A stretch of 59,651 nt of DNA from a virus (IMGVR_UViG_3300042332_000610:1-59651); one strand, 5' to 3'. Shown: positions 21,701-30,602, counted from the first letter of the stretch. Program-made: numbers and translations. The notes: generated by a model not told the origin, from the sequence alone.

Positions 21701-24700
21701 AATCCTTCTCCAACTTGTCCAGTAGAATCTACTGCTTTTAAACTTACCTTTTGAAACTTCATTAAAACTGCTGTTACAGATTTTTGAGCTGCACTAAAAG
21801 CTGCTGTACTTGCAGCAATCTGTCCAAACATACCCATTTCTGGAGCCATTGCCATAGGAAGCATTGAAGCCCCTAATCCAGCTGCCATTGGAGCTATTCC
21901 TGAAAGCATTCCGCCAACACCTGTTGAACGACCTGAAATTTTGGCTCCTTGACCTTTATTTGAAAAATATTTCGCACCTTTTTGTTCTTGAACAACTCTT
22001 TCTGGTTCTTTTTTTGCAAAATATTGAACTCCAGCCATTCCACCCTTGTTTAATTTTTGAGAACCATTAATAGCAGTTAACAAATCATAATTGTTTTTAG
22101 TAGATTCTTTATTTACAACAAATTCTCCAGGAGTAAGCATTGCTGGAACGGTATCTGTATTACCCATACCTGGAACTATATTTCCTTGATTAAATCCTTG
22201 TACTCCAGATTGGGTAATTAAAGATGGTAACCTAGTTCTTAAATCACTTGCTACTCCAGTTATTTCAGAAGTTCTATTTCCAACAAGTAATTCATGCTCT
22301 TTTGCACGAAGCCTTTTTACTCTATTGTTTCTATCAGACATTACAGGGTGTTTATATGACGCTTTTTGCACATCAAGAGCAAGGACTCCAGATCCAACCA
22401 TTTCATCAATAAATAATTGTTGAATTTTTTTATCTGGAAAAGTTTTATTTAAACGTTTTTTAGCATTGTTGTACTCTCTTGTTTTATTTGCAAGAACTTG
22501 TTCAAAGGTCCAATCGCTACCAATAGTGGGATTAGGTCCAGGTCTAAAGGAACGGGCAGGACTCCATCCAGCCATTGCAAGTTCTCTTGCATATTCTGCA
22601 GTTCCAGGAGTAAGTTTTTTAATCTTAGGGGTCTTCATTATTTTTCTTAATCTGCTAATATCTTTCTTTTGAGTGTCCAACCCCATAAAGCCATATGAAA
22701 AATCTTTTAAAGTTGGATTGCTAAGATCTCCAATAAATGGTGAAAAATCTAAATCTCTTTTAGTTGTATAAGATCCTGCCCCACCCTTGAAATTTAATTT
22801 CATTCCAAATAGATCTTCATATCTTCCTTCTTTAATTGCAGAAACAATTTTCTTTTGCTGTGCATATGGTAACTCTTTATTGCTCGTTGATCCTAAAACA
22901 GTTCCTCTAGTTGCCCTAGTTTTTTGAGTAAGAGGATTCATCATTCCTAAAATAGTATCCATTTCTGGAGTTTCTCTTACATTTCTAGAATCAAAGGCAA
23001 AATTATGAAGAGCACTTTGTTGGGCAAGTCTTTCTTCTTTTCCAGGTCTTACTCTTCTTCTAAGAGATTTTCCAATAAGTGCTCCAGCATTATACCCTGG
23101 AACTTTTCCACCAGCATTATACGGCGTTGAGGCTCCAAATTTTTCCCTATAAGTCACTCCGTCTCTTTCTGTTTCTAGTACCCAGTATGGTTTTCTATTT
23201 GGATTAGATGGAACTATTTGTTTAACTTGAAATGGAAGATTTCTTTCTTTAAAAAAAACATTTGCGTCAGTTGCAAATTTTTGAGCATCGCCTGGAAGAG
23301 AACTTAATTCAGGACCACCACTTTCTTTAATAAAATTTGAAATATCTTTTTTTGCTGGTATGCGAAGACCTACAATTCTTGTAGAATCTTCAACATTTGG
23401 ATATGCATCTCTAGCCACCGTTTCTAAAATATCATCTGTTAAATCCACATTGCCGATTGGCTTACCTGATGCGTCAAGTCTACTTTTATATCTTAAAAGT
23501 CCCATAGCCATTTTTCTTCCAAATTCTTTTTCAGTTACTTCTGGGTAGGCTTGTCTAAATGCAGTAGTTTGATCAAAACTAATTAGTCCTCTAGAATCTC
23601 TCATTGCTATAGCTGCATCGTCAAGTGTCATCTTACCTTGTCCTCTGTTAGCTGCTTGATTTATTGTCTTAAGAATTTTAGACCAGTTGTTACTAAGACC
23701 TTCTATTGGAATTCCGTGTGATAAAAGGTCTCTTGCAAAAAGCCATCTATTTGAAGTTTTTGTACCAAATAATTCTTGAAATCTAGCAATTGTTTGTATG
23801 TTTTCATTTCCACCTAAGTGTGATTTTTGTAAATCAGGACTTGATGACACAGGTGCTCTAGATACTACTTGAGAATCTCTTCCAAGAAGTTCTCCAAAGC
23901 CATGTGGTTCATCCATTAAAGAGTCAAGGTCTCTTGGTGTGAGGTTTCTATTTCCCCCGATCCTACTGGCAGATTTTGCAGCCTGTCTAGCATGCCAAGC
24001 TTTTACAGCGTTTCCTATATTAAGATATTGAATTCCTTTTGCTTTTCCACCAACATTTAATCCTTGAGGATTTTTACTATCATTGATATTGTGAAGTAAT
24101 CCAAGATTGTTTTTAGTAGCTTCTTTATTTACTACAAATTCCCCTGGTGTAAGCATTGCTGGAACCGTGTCAGTGTTTCCAGATCCTGGAACAGTTGTTC
24201 CATTTGACATAAAGATTGGTCCACCAGAATTTCTTTTTTGAACACCTCTTATTACAACCTGGCTAGTTTTTGCAGATACTCCAGCAGCTCCAGCAGCACC
24301 AAAAACTTCAGGGAAATCTCTAGTTGCACCAGCTTGAGTGGCAATCATTGCAGCATATGCCTTTGTTAGATTTCCAATTGAAGCAGCGGCAGTATTTCCA
24401 ACCATTGCTTGCTTAACAAGAGTTTCATTTAATATTTGAGTTGGACCTATGAGTTGTTGAGCAGCCATTGCTGCATCCATTTCTGCAAGACTTAAATATT
24501 TTGCACTTTGTGTAACTGCTTTAATTGCACCTAATGGACCACCTTTTATTAATCCCATTCCAAATAAAGATATGCCCTGTCCCATTTTTGCAAGGGTTCC
24601 AACAAGGTTTAAGAATAAACCAGTTAACATTGTTACTGCTGGAACAACAATGCCAACTATAACTGCACCAATAGCAGCAAATTTCTTTTGACCATCTGAT

Positions 24701-26277
24701 AATCCATTAAAAGCTTCTGCAATTTTTGTAGCAAGATTAACAAGTGGAATTGCTAATTTAACAAAAATTTCTCCAATAGGGGCAATTGCTAATTTAAATC
24801 TTTCTATTGCCCCCGTTAATTGCACACCAAAAGATTCTTCAATAGTTTTTAATTCTTTGTCTGCTGTTGCAGCAAGTTGTTCTGTACTATATCCTAATGT
24901 TGCAATAACTTGTTGAGCTTGAGATCCTTCTCTAGAAATATTTTCAAACAATGCTCCAAGTTTTGCATATTGAAATTTTCCAAATACTTGTTCAAGAGCT
25001 TGTTGTCTTGAAAACTGATCTAGAGAAGCAAGAGCCTGTGCAAAAGATTGAACAGTACCCATAAGGTCTCCCTTGTTTGCCTCAATAATAGATTGAAGAT
25101 TTATTCCCATTCCAGAAAGCATCGCTGTAGCTTGCTTTGTTGGATTGATCAAAGATGCAAGACCAGACTTTAATGCGTTAGCACCTTCTGCTGCATCAAC
25201 TCCACCTTCTTGCATTGCTGCAAGGAATACTGTAAGATCTTTTACGTCTCCACCAAGACCTTGAATAACTGGTGCAACACGAGGAATTGCTGCAGAGATA
25301 TCTTGCAAGGAAACAACCGTTTGGTTTTCAACCATATTTAAAAAGTTAATAGTGTCTGCAAGGTCTTGTCCTGATAATCTAAATGCAGACTGTAAAGATA
25401 TTGTAGTTTCTAGTGCTGCATTTTGATCCATTTGACCAAGTGTTGCAAGTCTTGTTGCTTGAGTAACTGAGTCAGTAAGTTCTGTACCCTGTCTACCAGC
25501 AGCAGCAGCTTGAGAGGCAAGACCAATAGTATCTTTTACTGCAATTCCATACTTTGTATATTCAGCAGCAAGACCTTTTACTGCCTCAAGGTTTTGATTT
25601 AATTCTGCTGGAGTAGTAAATAAGTCTCCATATACCTTTTTAAATCCAACAACTTGTTTTTCAAGATCCATAAAGGTCTTACCAGCAACTGCTCCGAATA
25701 TTGTAAGAGGTACTGTAAAACCAACCATAAGCTGACGACCAGCCCATTGAACATTTTTACCAAAGTTGATTAACTGTGTAGTTCCTTGCTTAAACATTGA
25801 AGACATAATTTGTGCTTTTTGTCCAGCAATAGCAGCCTCAGTAGAAAATGCAGCAAGAGGTCTAACTGCTAAAGCATCTTGAAATCCATTTGCAGCAGCA
25901 GATGTTGCTATAAATTGTGTTTGAAGCCTTCTTGCACGTTCTGAAGCAAGTGCCATAGTTTCTGCTGCAATAGCACTATTTTTATTATATTTTGCACTAA
26001 AAAATTGACCCAGGGAGGTTTTTCCCTTGGTCAAAGTTTTATCTAGAGTTGCAGCAGCAGTTTGAAGTCTTATGGTTTCTGCTGTAAAACTTCCAGTTTG
26101 ATTTATTGCTTGTTGAAGTGCTTTTGAAAACTTTGCAGTAAATGCTGCTTGGTCTACATTGCCTTTGTTTAGAGCTAATTGAAAAGCATTTATTTGTGCT
26201 AGAAGAGCCTTAAGCTCAGAGGAAGCAGACCCTGTATTGATCTCAACTTCAATAATACCTTTTGCAATTTCAGCCAT
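18757..26277 (-). CDS. Tape measure protein with internal cargo-like domains
   Basis: 2506 aa, follows the tail chaperones; Ala-rich TP901-type core (AAEGANALKSGLASLINPT), hydrophobic segments, coiled-coil C-terminal region, three VPGxGxTDxVxAxLTPGEFVV motifs. Confidence 0.92.
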   Translation of the reverse strand: MAEIAKGIIEVEINTGSASSELKALLAQINAFQLALNKGNVDQAAFTAKFSKALQQAINQTGSFTAETIRLQTAAATLDKTLTKGKTSLGQFFSAKYNKNSAIAAETMALASERARRLQTQFIATSAAANGFQDALAVRPLAAFSTEAAIAGQKAQIMSSMFKQGTTQLINFGKNVQWAGRQLMVGFTVPLTIFGAVAGKTFMDLEKQVVGFKKVYGDLFTTPAELNQNLEAVKGLAAEYTKYGIAVKDTIGLASQAAAAGRQGTELTDSVTQATRLATLGQMDQNAALETTISLQSAFRLSGQDLADTINFLNMVENQTVVSLQDISAAIPRVAPVIQGLGGDVKDLTVFLAAMQEGGVDAAEGANALKSGLASLINPTKQATAMLSGMGINLQSIIEANKGDLMGTVQSFAQALASLDQFSRQQALEQVFGKFQYAKLGALFENISREGSQAQQVIATLGYSTEQLAATADKELKTIEESFGVQLTGAIERFKLAIAPIGEIFVKLAIPLVNLATKIAEAFNGLSDGQKKFAAIGAVIVGIVVPAVTMLTGLFLNLVGTLAKMGQGISLFGMGLIKGGPLGAIKAVTQSAKYLSLAEMDAAMAAQQLIGPTQILNETLVKQAMVGNTAAASIGNLTKAYAAMIATQAGATRDFPEVFGAAGAAGVSAKTSQVVIRGVQKRNSGGPIFMSNGTTVPGSGNTDTVPAMLTPGEFVVNKEATKNNLGLLHNINDSKNPQGLNVGGKAKGIQYLNIGNAVKAWHARQAAKSASRIGGNRNLTPRDLDSLMDEPHGFGELLGRDSQVVSRAPVSSSPDLQKSHLGGNENIQTIARFQELFGTKTSNRWLFARDLLSHGIPIEGLSNNWSKILKTINQAANRGQGKMTLDDAAIAMRDSRGLISFDQTTAFRQAYPEVTEKEFGRKMAMGLLRYKSRLDASGKPIGNVDLTDDILETVARDAYPNVEDSTRIVGLRIPAKKDISNFIKESGGPELSSLPGDAQKFATDANVFFKERNLPFQVKQIVPSNPNRKPYWVLETERDGVTYREKFGASTPYNAGGKVPGYNAGALIGKSLRRRVRPGKEERLAQQSALHNFAFDSRNVRETPEMDTILGMMNPLTQKTRATRGTVLGSTSNKELPYAQQKKIVSAIKEGRYEDLFGMKLNFKGGAGSYTTKRDLDFSPFIGDLSNPTLKDFSYGFMGLDTQKKDISRLRKIMKTPKIKKLTPGTAEYARELAMAGWSPARSFRPGPNPTIGSDWTFEQVLANKTREYNNAKKRLNKTFPDKKIQQLFIDEMVGSGVLALDVQKASYKHPVMSDRNNRVKRLRAKEHELLVGNRTSEITGVASDLRTRLPSLITQSGVQGFNQGNIVPGMGNTDTVPAMLTPGEFVVNKESTKNNYDLLTAINGSQKLNKGGMAGVQYFAKKEPERVVQEQKGAKYFSNKGQGAKISGRSTGVGGMLSGIAPMAAGLGASMLPMAMAPEMGMFGQIAASTAAFSAAQKSVTAVLMKFQKVSLKAVDSTGQVGEGFKKLFPQLSKLSPNILKFIGPLSGAGAAIALVGFGAYKLNKQINDASKAGGKLAAAMYGTADSTNAIAETFGRQTRAQQAMVAAAEKATGQEVSEESQQVSSQFMQSDAGKALLKDISFVESSGKDAATALRNQLSQAIIAGAITAEEARAIAIDIGTALENERLAVEVSGKISQLMGPNGEKLTAENILKIQAEITPSVDISQIRDDAKSAYDDLNQMQKIFSVFKGGSAGFENQYKLEEVLTVNNSALSAQLNTVEFLNAAFKEGTITLENYKKALDDSKNVTGNTLDANAQILGFENNQALTATADIEAQKKQDSILGFAWIESPALKAIENQKTQVKTMLEESGAYSEEAINKIIKDFEEVGSTSWGKLLTGEWSPTDAQMVINFQTQGLTTEEIDELVFKLGVIESLPDITTVIDFKNPNPKAIEELYSTYEQLQSAAAKGPLTQEVLVKATGMNIFNSEIMSAINALPASVSIPIIMSVAWDTETNKKLNAKEGTSEEQKQTLESALLNKLKVGIGNLGPKPGTTSGDKSGGNNKEENLLKMLMERFRLQEMLIDKEAEGFNERLKQLNREIELEERQVNLRQKGLEQLSKKEEAVNDAYNLRVEALDKVLESNSRVNEQEKSRISLASALASGDIAAAAGIAGDMQQQSAQYQIEDTRAALEKQRQTDLDALTVSINGKLMTRKGIESEIETIQDRIYSKGIELQGVQDKLLGFEQRKLDVAKEREKVETRMYLIEQQKTIDALKKKTNLSKADQAALVEYESSLNMYNAANPGANVDPLNSAATKTAKGAATTKPKPTVTSLTPPTPPKVASPAQQTKKGVLNKLKGIKMAYGGVAYKGSREAPPALRMNNGFTVPGTGMTDKVSALLTPGEFVVRKSVADQNRGFLNQLNSQVFPAVGKGISSPTYSIPGQSVTNIPVNTTNVVSNSSPMYNSTYNVNVNVSGTNASPDDIANVVMAKLSNQNRGNLRSNRY
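19054..19116 (-). repeat. TMP motif copy 3 (VPGTGMTDKVSALLTPGEFVV)
   Basis: Protein-level repeat of the copies near 22105 and 24121. Confidence 0.85.
22105..22176 (-). repeat. TMP motif copy 2 (VPGMGNTDTVPAMLTPGEFVVNKE)
   Basis: Nearly identical to copy 1 in protein and similar in DNA. Confidence 0.9.
24121..24192 (-). repeat. TMP motif copy 1 (VPGSGNTDTVPAMLTPGEFVVNKE)
   Basis: Nearly identical to copy 2. Confidence 0.9.
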
Positions 26278-26645
26278 TATGTAACCACCTCATATTCCAA
26301 GCCTTCTCCAATACCGAAACCAGCTTTTCTGGCTGCAGCACCTTGTAATGCAAGAATATCATTAGGATTTGATGTAGCACCGTTGCTATAAACTCTAGCC
26401 TTCATCTCTTCCCATTTATTTTCAGACGAACCAGAATCAAGATTCACTCCCTGAAGTGCTGCCATAAATTTCTTACTTTCGTAATCTTCTTTATTTTTAG
26501 CTTCTAGTATTGCTACTAGTTCAGGCATTGATATGCTTTCTTCCATTTCAGAATAATTCTTCCAGAATCCCAGAAGAAATACTCTTGATTCTATCTCAGC
26601 AAGATCTAGTTCGTCCCAACTAGAGCCGCTGTTAGTGCGTTTGGG
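26277..26645 (-). CDS. Tail assembly chaperone, frameshifted C-terminal extension (lambda gpT-like part of a G/GT pair)
   Basis: The -1 frame is open from CCC AAA CGC at 26645 through SGSSWDELDLAEIESRVFLLGFWKNYSE into the ORF-track 89-aa ORF; no ATG/GTG/TTG before 26546. Confidence 0.8.
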   Translation of the reverse strand, partial: PKRTNSGSSWDELDLAEIESRVFLLGFWKNYSEMEESISMPELVAILEAKNKEDYESKKFMAALQGVNLDSGSSENKWEEMKARVYSNGATSNPNDILALQGAAARKAGFGIGEGLEYEVVT

Positions 26646-26941
26646 TCATTTAACTGAATCCCTGCAGCCACTTCAATTACCTTGTACACAGTTGGAAGAT
26701 CCATTATATCTTCTAACAGCTCCTTAGTTGCTAATTCTGCATTGTATTGCTTCATTGCAATAACAGCACAGTTTAACAATAGATCCATTGATTTGATATT
26801 ATCTTCTGCAATTTTTGGATCACTAATCTTTTGAAACTCTTTCATAAAATCTCTCAATAAAGAAATCTTAAGTGGTTTCATAGAAATAGTAGAACCATCT
26901 AATAGTTCTACTTCTACAACTTCGTAAATACTTGTTGCCAT
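26606..26941 (-). CDS. Tail assembly chaperone (gpG-like)
   Basis: Between the tail tube and TMP genes; AGGAGG RBS; slippery site near the 3' end. Confidence 0.8.
   Translation of the reverse strand: MATSIYEVVEVELLDGSTISMKPLKISLLRDFMKEFQKISDPKIAEDNIKSMDLLLNCAVIAMKQYNAELATKELLEDIMDLPTVYKVIEVAAGIQLNDPNALTAALVGTN
26639..26645 (-). other. Programmed -1 ribosomal frameshift heptamer C-CCA-AAC
   Basis: X XXY YYZ in the correct phase (GAC CCA AAC), immediately after the last -1 frame stop (TGA). Confidence 0.8.
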
Positions 26942-26966
26942 TTATTCCTCCTATAGAATATATTCA

Positions 26967-26975
26967 ATTATATCA
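26967..26975 (-). promoter_or_regulatory. Extended -10 promoter TGATATAAT
   Basis: Between the tail-tube terminator and the chaperone RBS. Confidence 0.55.
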
Positions 26976-26998
26976 TAGAAGGCTTATTAAATAAACAA

Positions 26999-27024
26999 TG
27001 CCCACCCTTTTTAGGGGGTGGGCA
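26999..27024 (-). terminator. Intrinsic terminator after the major tail gene
   Basis: 9-bp perfect stem tgcccaccc/gggtgggca followed by TTGTTTATTT on the minus strand. Confidence 0.75.
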
Positions 27025-27043
27025 AAGTCTCTATATTTAGTTT

Positions 27044-27715
27044 TTACGGACCAACGACACGATCAACGATCTTGCCATAGGAACCATTGGATGCTGGAAG
27101 TAAACGGAATGTAACTTCATACATAGAAGGTTCGTCACGCTTTGCAGAAACAGTTACGTTCTCAATTGAGAGAACACGATGTCCCACATAAACACGCTCT
27201 ACCTTATCTTCACCAGTTGCTGTAGGATCTCCAGAACCTGGACCAACAGCAATAATTGCACGTTCTACAGGAACATCACCTAGCTCTCCAGCTGTTAGCT
27301 CAAGAGTTTTAGTAGCACTTCCTGATAGGTTGGTGTCTGCAGTTGCAATTGCAACAACAAGGTTTTCAAGTGTGGCTTCAGCGAATGCTGTAACCATGCT
27401 AACCTGCATACCTTGCTTGTAAAGCTTTGCAACGTCAAGAAGCTGATCTACCTGTACTTCACCGAAGTCTGGTTGGAACTGTACTTCTAAACCGTTCATT
27501 GTGTATCCTACATTTCTCCAGTTTGCTGATGCTGATTCAACAGTATCTGCATAAAGATCACCAGACACAAACGCAGGGACACCTGAAACAGATGCACCAT
27601 TGAATGAGTATACTGCAGGAGTTGTACCTGAAACATGCTCTAGTGGACCCTGCTTCGAAACGAAGAGTTGGGCTGCACCAACGATAATTTGATTGGAATT
27701 TCCACGAGTTGCCAT
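27044..27715 (-). CDS. Major tail (tube) protein
   Basis: 223 aa, IIVGAAQLFV, VGYTMNGLEV, VQVDQ, VTFRLLP; position, GAGGTG RBS and downstream terminator. Confidence 0.85.
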   Translation of the reverse strand: MATRGNSNQIIVGAAQLFVSKQGPLEHVSGTTPAVYSFNGASVSGVPAFVSGDLYADTVESASANWRNVGYTMNGLEVQFQPDFGEVQVDQLLDVAKLYKQGMQVSMVTAFAEATLENLVVAIATADTNLSGSATKTLELTAGELGDVPVERAIIAVGPGSGDPTATGEDKVERVYVGHRVLSIENVTVSAKRDEPSMYEVTFRLLPASNGSYGKIVDRVVGP

Positions 27716-27793
27716 ATTTTTTTCACCTCTTTTTAGTCTTAAAATTTATGGGGAGATTGGCGTTTCCTAAGTTAAGTATACATCTAGTTTTTA

Positions 27794-28372
27794 TCATTCA
27801 TTAAACTGTTTAGCATGATAGTCATATTTGATAATAAGGTCTCTTGTAGGGTTATATTCCATAAAATCAGAGACATCTTGCTGAGTATCTGTAAATCCAG
27901 ACTGGTATACATTTACACAATGGAAGTAATATTTGTTTAATTCTGGGTAATTAGCATCATTATAATCTGGCAAAGTTTTGGTAAATTCATTAATATCCTT
28001 TGCCGCATCGTCTTCTCTATCTAAAATGCTTTGAATAAGACTTGTAAGATTTATTGTTGTTGCATACCTATCCTGCTGGTTCCTATTAATGTCGTACAGC
28101 GAGCCACCAACGACTGTATATCTCATTTGGTCAGTCTTGATAGGGTAAAAATATTTATAGCCTGAGCGTACTCTGCTAAACTTATCAAACATAATATATG
28201 GCAAATCATTGTCAAGGACTGCAGTTGGAAGATTGTTTGCTGGTGCAGGGAAAAAGGGAACTATGTCTGGTCCTCCAGATGTTGGACCGTATAGGTTGTA
28301 AAATGCTGGGGCATAAGTTTTAAACTGTTCCCAAACATAAAGGTTGATAATATTTTCTGGTCTATAAACCAC
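27794..28372 (-). CDS. Putative tail terminator/completion protein
   Basis: Directly upstream of the tail tube gene; LPYIMF motif; GTG start at 28372 after AGGAGG. Confidence 0.6.
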   Translation of the reverse strand: MVYRPENIINLYVWEQFKTYAPAFYNLYGPTSGGPDIVPFFPAPANNLPTAVLDNDLPYIMFDKFSRVRSGYKYFYPIKTDQMRYTVVGGSLYDINRNQQDRYATTINLTSLIQSILDREDDAAKDINEFTKTLPDYNDANYPELNKYYFHCVNVYQSGFTDTQQDVSDFMEYNPTRDLIIKYDYHAKQFNE

Positions 28373-29054
28373 TGTTTCCTCCTGGTGCATTCATAATCCA
28401 TGATAGTGCAGCTTTTCTACCTTTAGATGCAGAAGCTCCACCTTTAACGGCTGAAGCAAAGTATTTTTCATAAGCTTTTGGATTTGAAAAATATTTATAA
28501 AATTTTATTGAATCTAAATAAACTTGAGAGAAATAATATCCATAAAATTCATTAAAGGCATTTACGAAAGAACCTCTAACGCCTTCTCCTCCAGGATTAG
28601 AAATAATAATTGGTCCACTTCTAAAAAATTCTTCTCCGTCAATTTCAAAAAACAATGCCTTGGCTTCAACTTCATTAATTACAATAGTTCCGCCTTCTTC
28701 CATTACTAAAGCCTTGTCATAAAATGGCTCAGTTGATGTTGGTGAAGGAACTCTTGATTGTAAGAATTCTGCACCAATAACTGCAGAAGTATTATTTACT
28801 GAAAGACTTAAGTCATAAAGTCTTCCAAATGGATCTCCAACCTGCCCCCATTCATAAACGTGGTGAAGCATTCCTGGATGAGATCTTGCAAGACTATCTA
28901 AGTAATCATAAAATGCTTCAATAGAGCCTACTCCAAGTTTTTGATTTAAAATACCTTTGCTTTTATTTAATTCTGAAGCAAAAGCTGAAGAATATTCTAC
29001 AGAATTTTTCAACATTTTAATCACATCATTAGCCTTAACTCTTGCTGTTATCAT
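28362..29054 (-). CDS. Putative neck/tail-completion protein
   Basis: Synteny within the head-tail joining cluster; HHVYEW motif; ATGA overlap with the upstream gene. Confidence 0.55.
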   Translation of the reverse strand: MITARVKANDVIKMLKNSVEYSSAFASELNKSKGILNQKLGVGSIEAFYDYLDSLARSHPGMLHHVYEWGQVGDPFGRLYDLSLSVNNTSAVIGAEFLQSRVPSPTSTEPFYDKALVMEEGGTIVINEVEAKALFFEIDGEEFFRSGPIIISNPGGEGVRGSFVNAFNEFYGYYFSQVYLDSIKFYKYFSNPKAYEKYFASAVKGGASASKGRKAALSWIMNAPGGNSGL

Positions 29055-29524
29055 TCTGGTATATCCCACTTTTGATTTGCTGAACGGGTTAAGAATACTC
29101 TATACATTCCAATATTATGGAACATATCAAAACTTGGAATAATTGTTTTAACTTCATACTTTGTTTTTACTGTCTCAGCTTTTGTCTTAAGATTTTCAGT
29201 ATTAATCCAAACTGGATCCCCATTTGGATCTCTCATATTAGTAACAGCAGTTGCAGTTATTGGATAGTATTTTCCAGAAGAGTTTTTTCTAATGTCCTCG
29301 TTTGTTCTAAAGAATAATGAAGAGTTGTAATCAAATGACTTATCTTTTACTTTAAGTTCTCCATCTAGTACCCCTGAAATTGCACTAATTGCTGAACAGT
29401 TAACAGTTCTATCAAATTGCCAAGTTCTAGTTATATTTCCATACTCTGATTGAGTTTCTACTGCATGATAGATATCTGCAGTCATTGGATAAAAAATATC
29501 GTCAAAGGCTGAATTAAAAAGCAT
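29051..29524 (-). CDS. Putative head-closure (stopper) protein
   Basis: 157 aa, beta-rich, EYGNITRTW; follows the adaptor gene. Confidence 0.55.
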   Translation of the reverse strand: MLFNSAFDDIFYPMTADIYHAVETQSEYGNITRTWQFDRTVNCSAISAISGVLDGELKVKDKSFDYNSSLFFRTNEDIRKNSSGKYYPITATAVTNMRDPNGDPVWINTENLKTKAETVKTKYEVKTIIPSFDMFHNIGMYRVFLTRSANQKWDIPE

Positions 29525-30397
29525 TTATAACACCCCGATACGAATATTATTCTTATACTTTGTTAAAATCCTATCAACAACAAGGTTTCCAGTGGAAGCA
29601 TTAAAGTTCTTTGCAAACTTAATCTTGAAGTCATCATTGTCAAAGGACTCAATATACTTATTAAGATATTTCATATTATCGCTTGAGATGTCTGAGCATA
29701 AAAGTCTTGTAGCTTCTTGAATATCTTGAGGGACTACCTTGTATCCAAAGTCTGCATCAATCACATAATCATATCCGTCAGAAAAGGCTCTAGATAAGTA
29801 TCTATCTCTCCACACTTGTGGATATTCTGTTTTATTGCTTTCTTCGTGTAATGGAACTATCGAAGTCTTATCCTTGCTAATTGTAAAGGTTAATTCATTA
29901 GTATCTGATGTTGAATCATATAAAAGGGTTCCATTTTCATATACCTTGTAAAGCTTGTTAATCTTTTCATTGACTACTAGATAGTCAGATCCATTTCCAA
30001 CAATCTCTTTTTCTTTTCTAACATATGCAAATCCTTGAGAAACTTCTGAATCAATAATATATCTTGCAATTCTTTCCATTTCTTTTACTTGGGCAGTGGT
30101 TTTATTTAAATCTGTGGCAAGGGTAGATATATTTGTATATGGTCTAATAACATCAATATTTGTAGTAATAACAACTTCGTCTAGATAATCATAAACAGTT
30201 GCATCTAAAACTGCGTCATAAGATGCGTACTTTTCGTCAAGTAGGAAGGAAACTTCTCCAGATCCGTTTGCAGTAGCACTTGCTGAAACTACTACATCTG
30301 ATAAAATATCTGAATACTCAATGGTATAAAGTCCACTTGGGACAAGATCAGAAAAAGAGACTGTTGGGATACTCCCATTAATTCTTAAAACTTCCAT
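29525..30397 (-). CDS. Head-tail adaptor/connector protein with N-terminal beta-rich extension
   Basis: ARYIID...FGYKVVPQDIQEATRLL...VDRILTKY adaptor signature. Confidence 0.7.
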   Translation of the reverse strand: MEVLRINGSIPTVSFSDLVPSGLYTIEYSDILSDVVVSASATANGSGEVSFLLDEKYASYDAVLDATVYDYLDEVVITTNIDVIRPYTNISTLATDLNKTTAQVKEMERIARYIIDSEVSQGFAYVRKEKEIVGNGSDYLVVNEKINKLYKVYENGTLLYDSTSDTNELTFTISKDKTSIVPLHEESNKTEYPQVWRDRYLSRAFSDGYDYVIDADFGYKVVPQDIQEATRLLCSDISSDNMKYLNKYIESFDNDDFKIKFAKNFNASTGNLVVDRILTKYKNNIRIGVL

Positions 30398-30588
30398 TAT
30401 TTAACACCGAAAACTTCGGCTACCTCCTCTGGGGATGTGACTCTAATCTTGGGGAATTTGCTAACCCAGATATCAGCATCTTTTTTACTTACAATATTAT
30501 AGCCTTTAGTAAGTCTGCCAAGACTTTTTTCATAAACGCTTGCATTTTCTACAAACAAACAAATTAAATCTTTTTCAACTTTTTTCAT
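30397..30588 (-). CDS. Small hypothetical virion-associated protein
   Basis: 63 aa directly after the capsid gene; TAATG coupling to the adaptor. Confidence 0.6.
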   Translation of the reverse strand: MKKVEKDLICLFVENASVYEKSLGRLTKGYNIVSKKDADIWVSKFPKIRVTSPEEVAEVFGVK

Positions 30589-30602
30589 AATACATCTATA
30601 TT

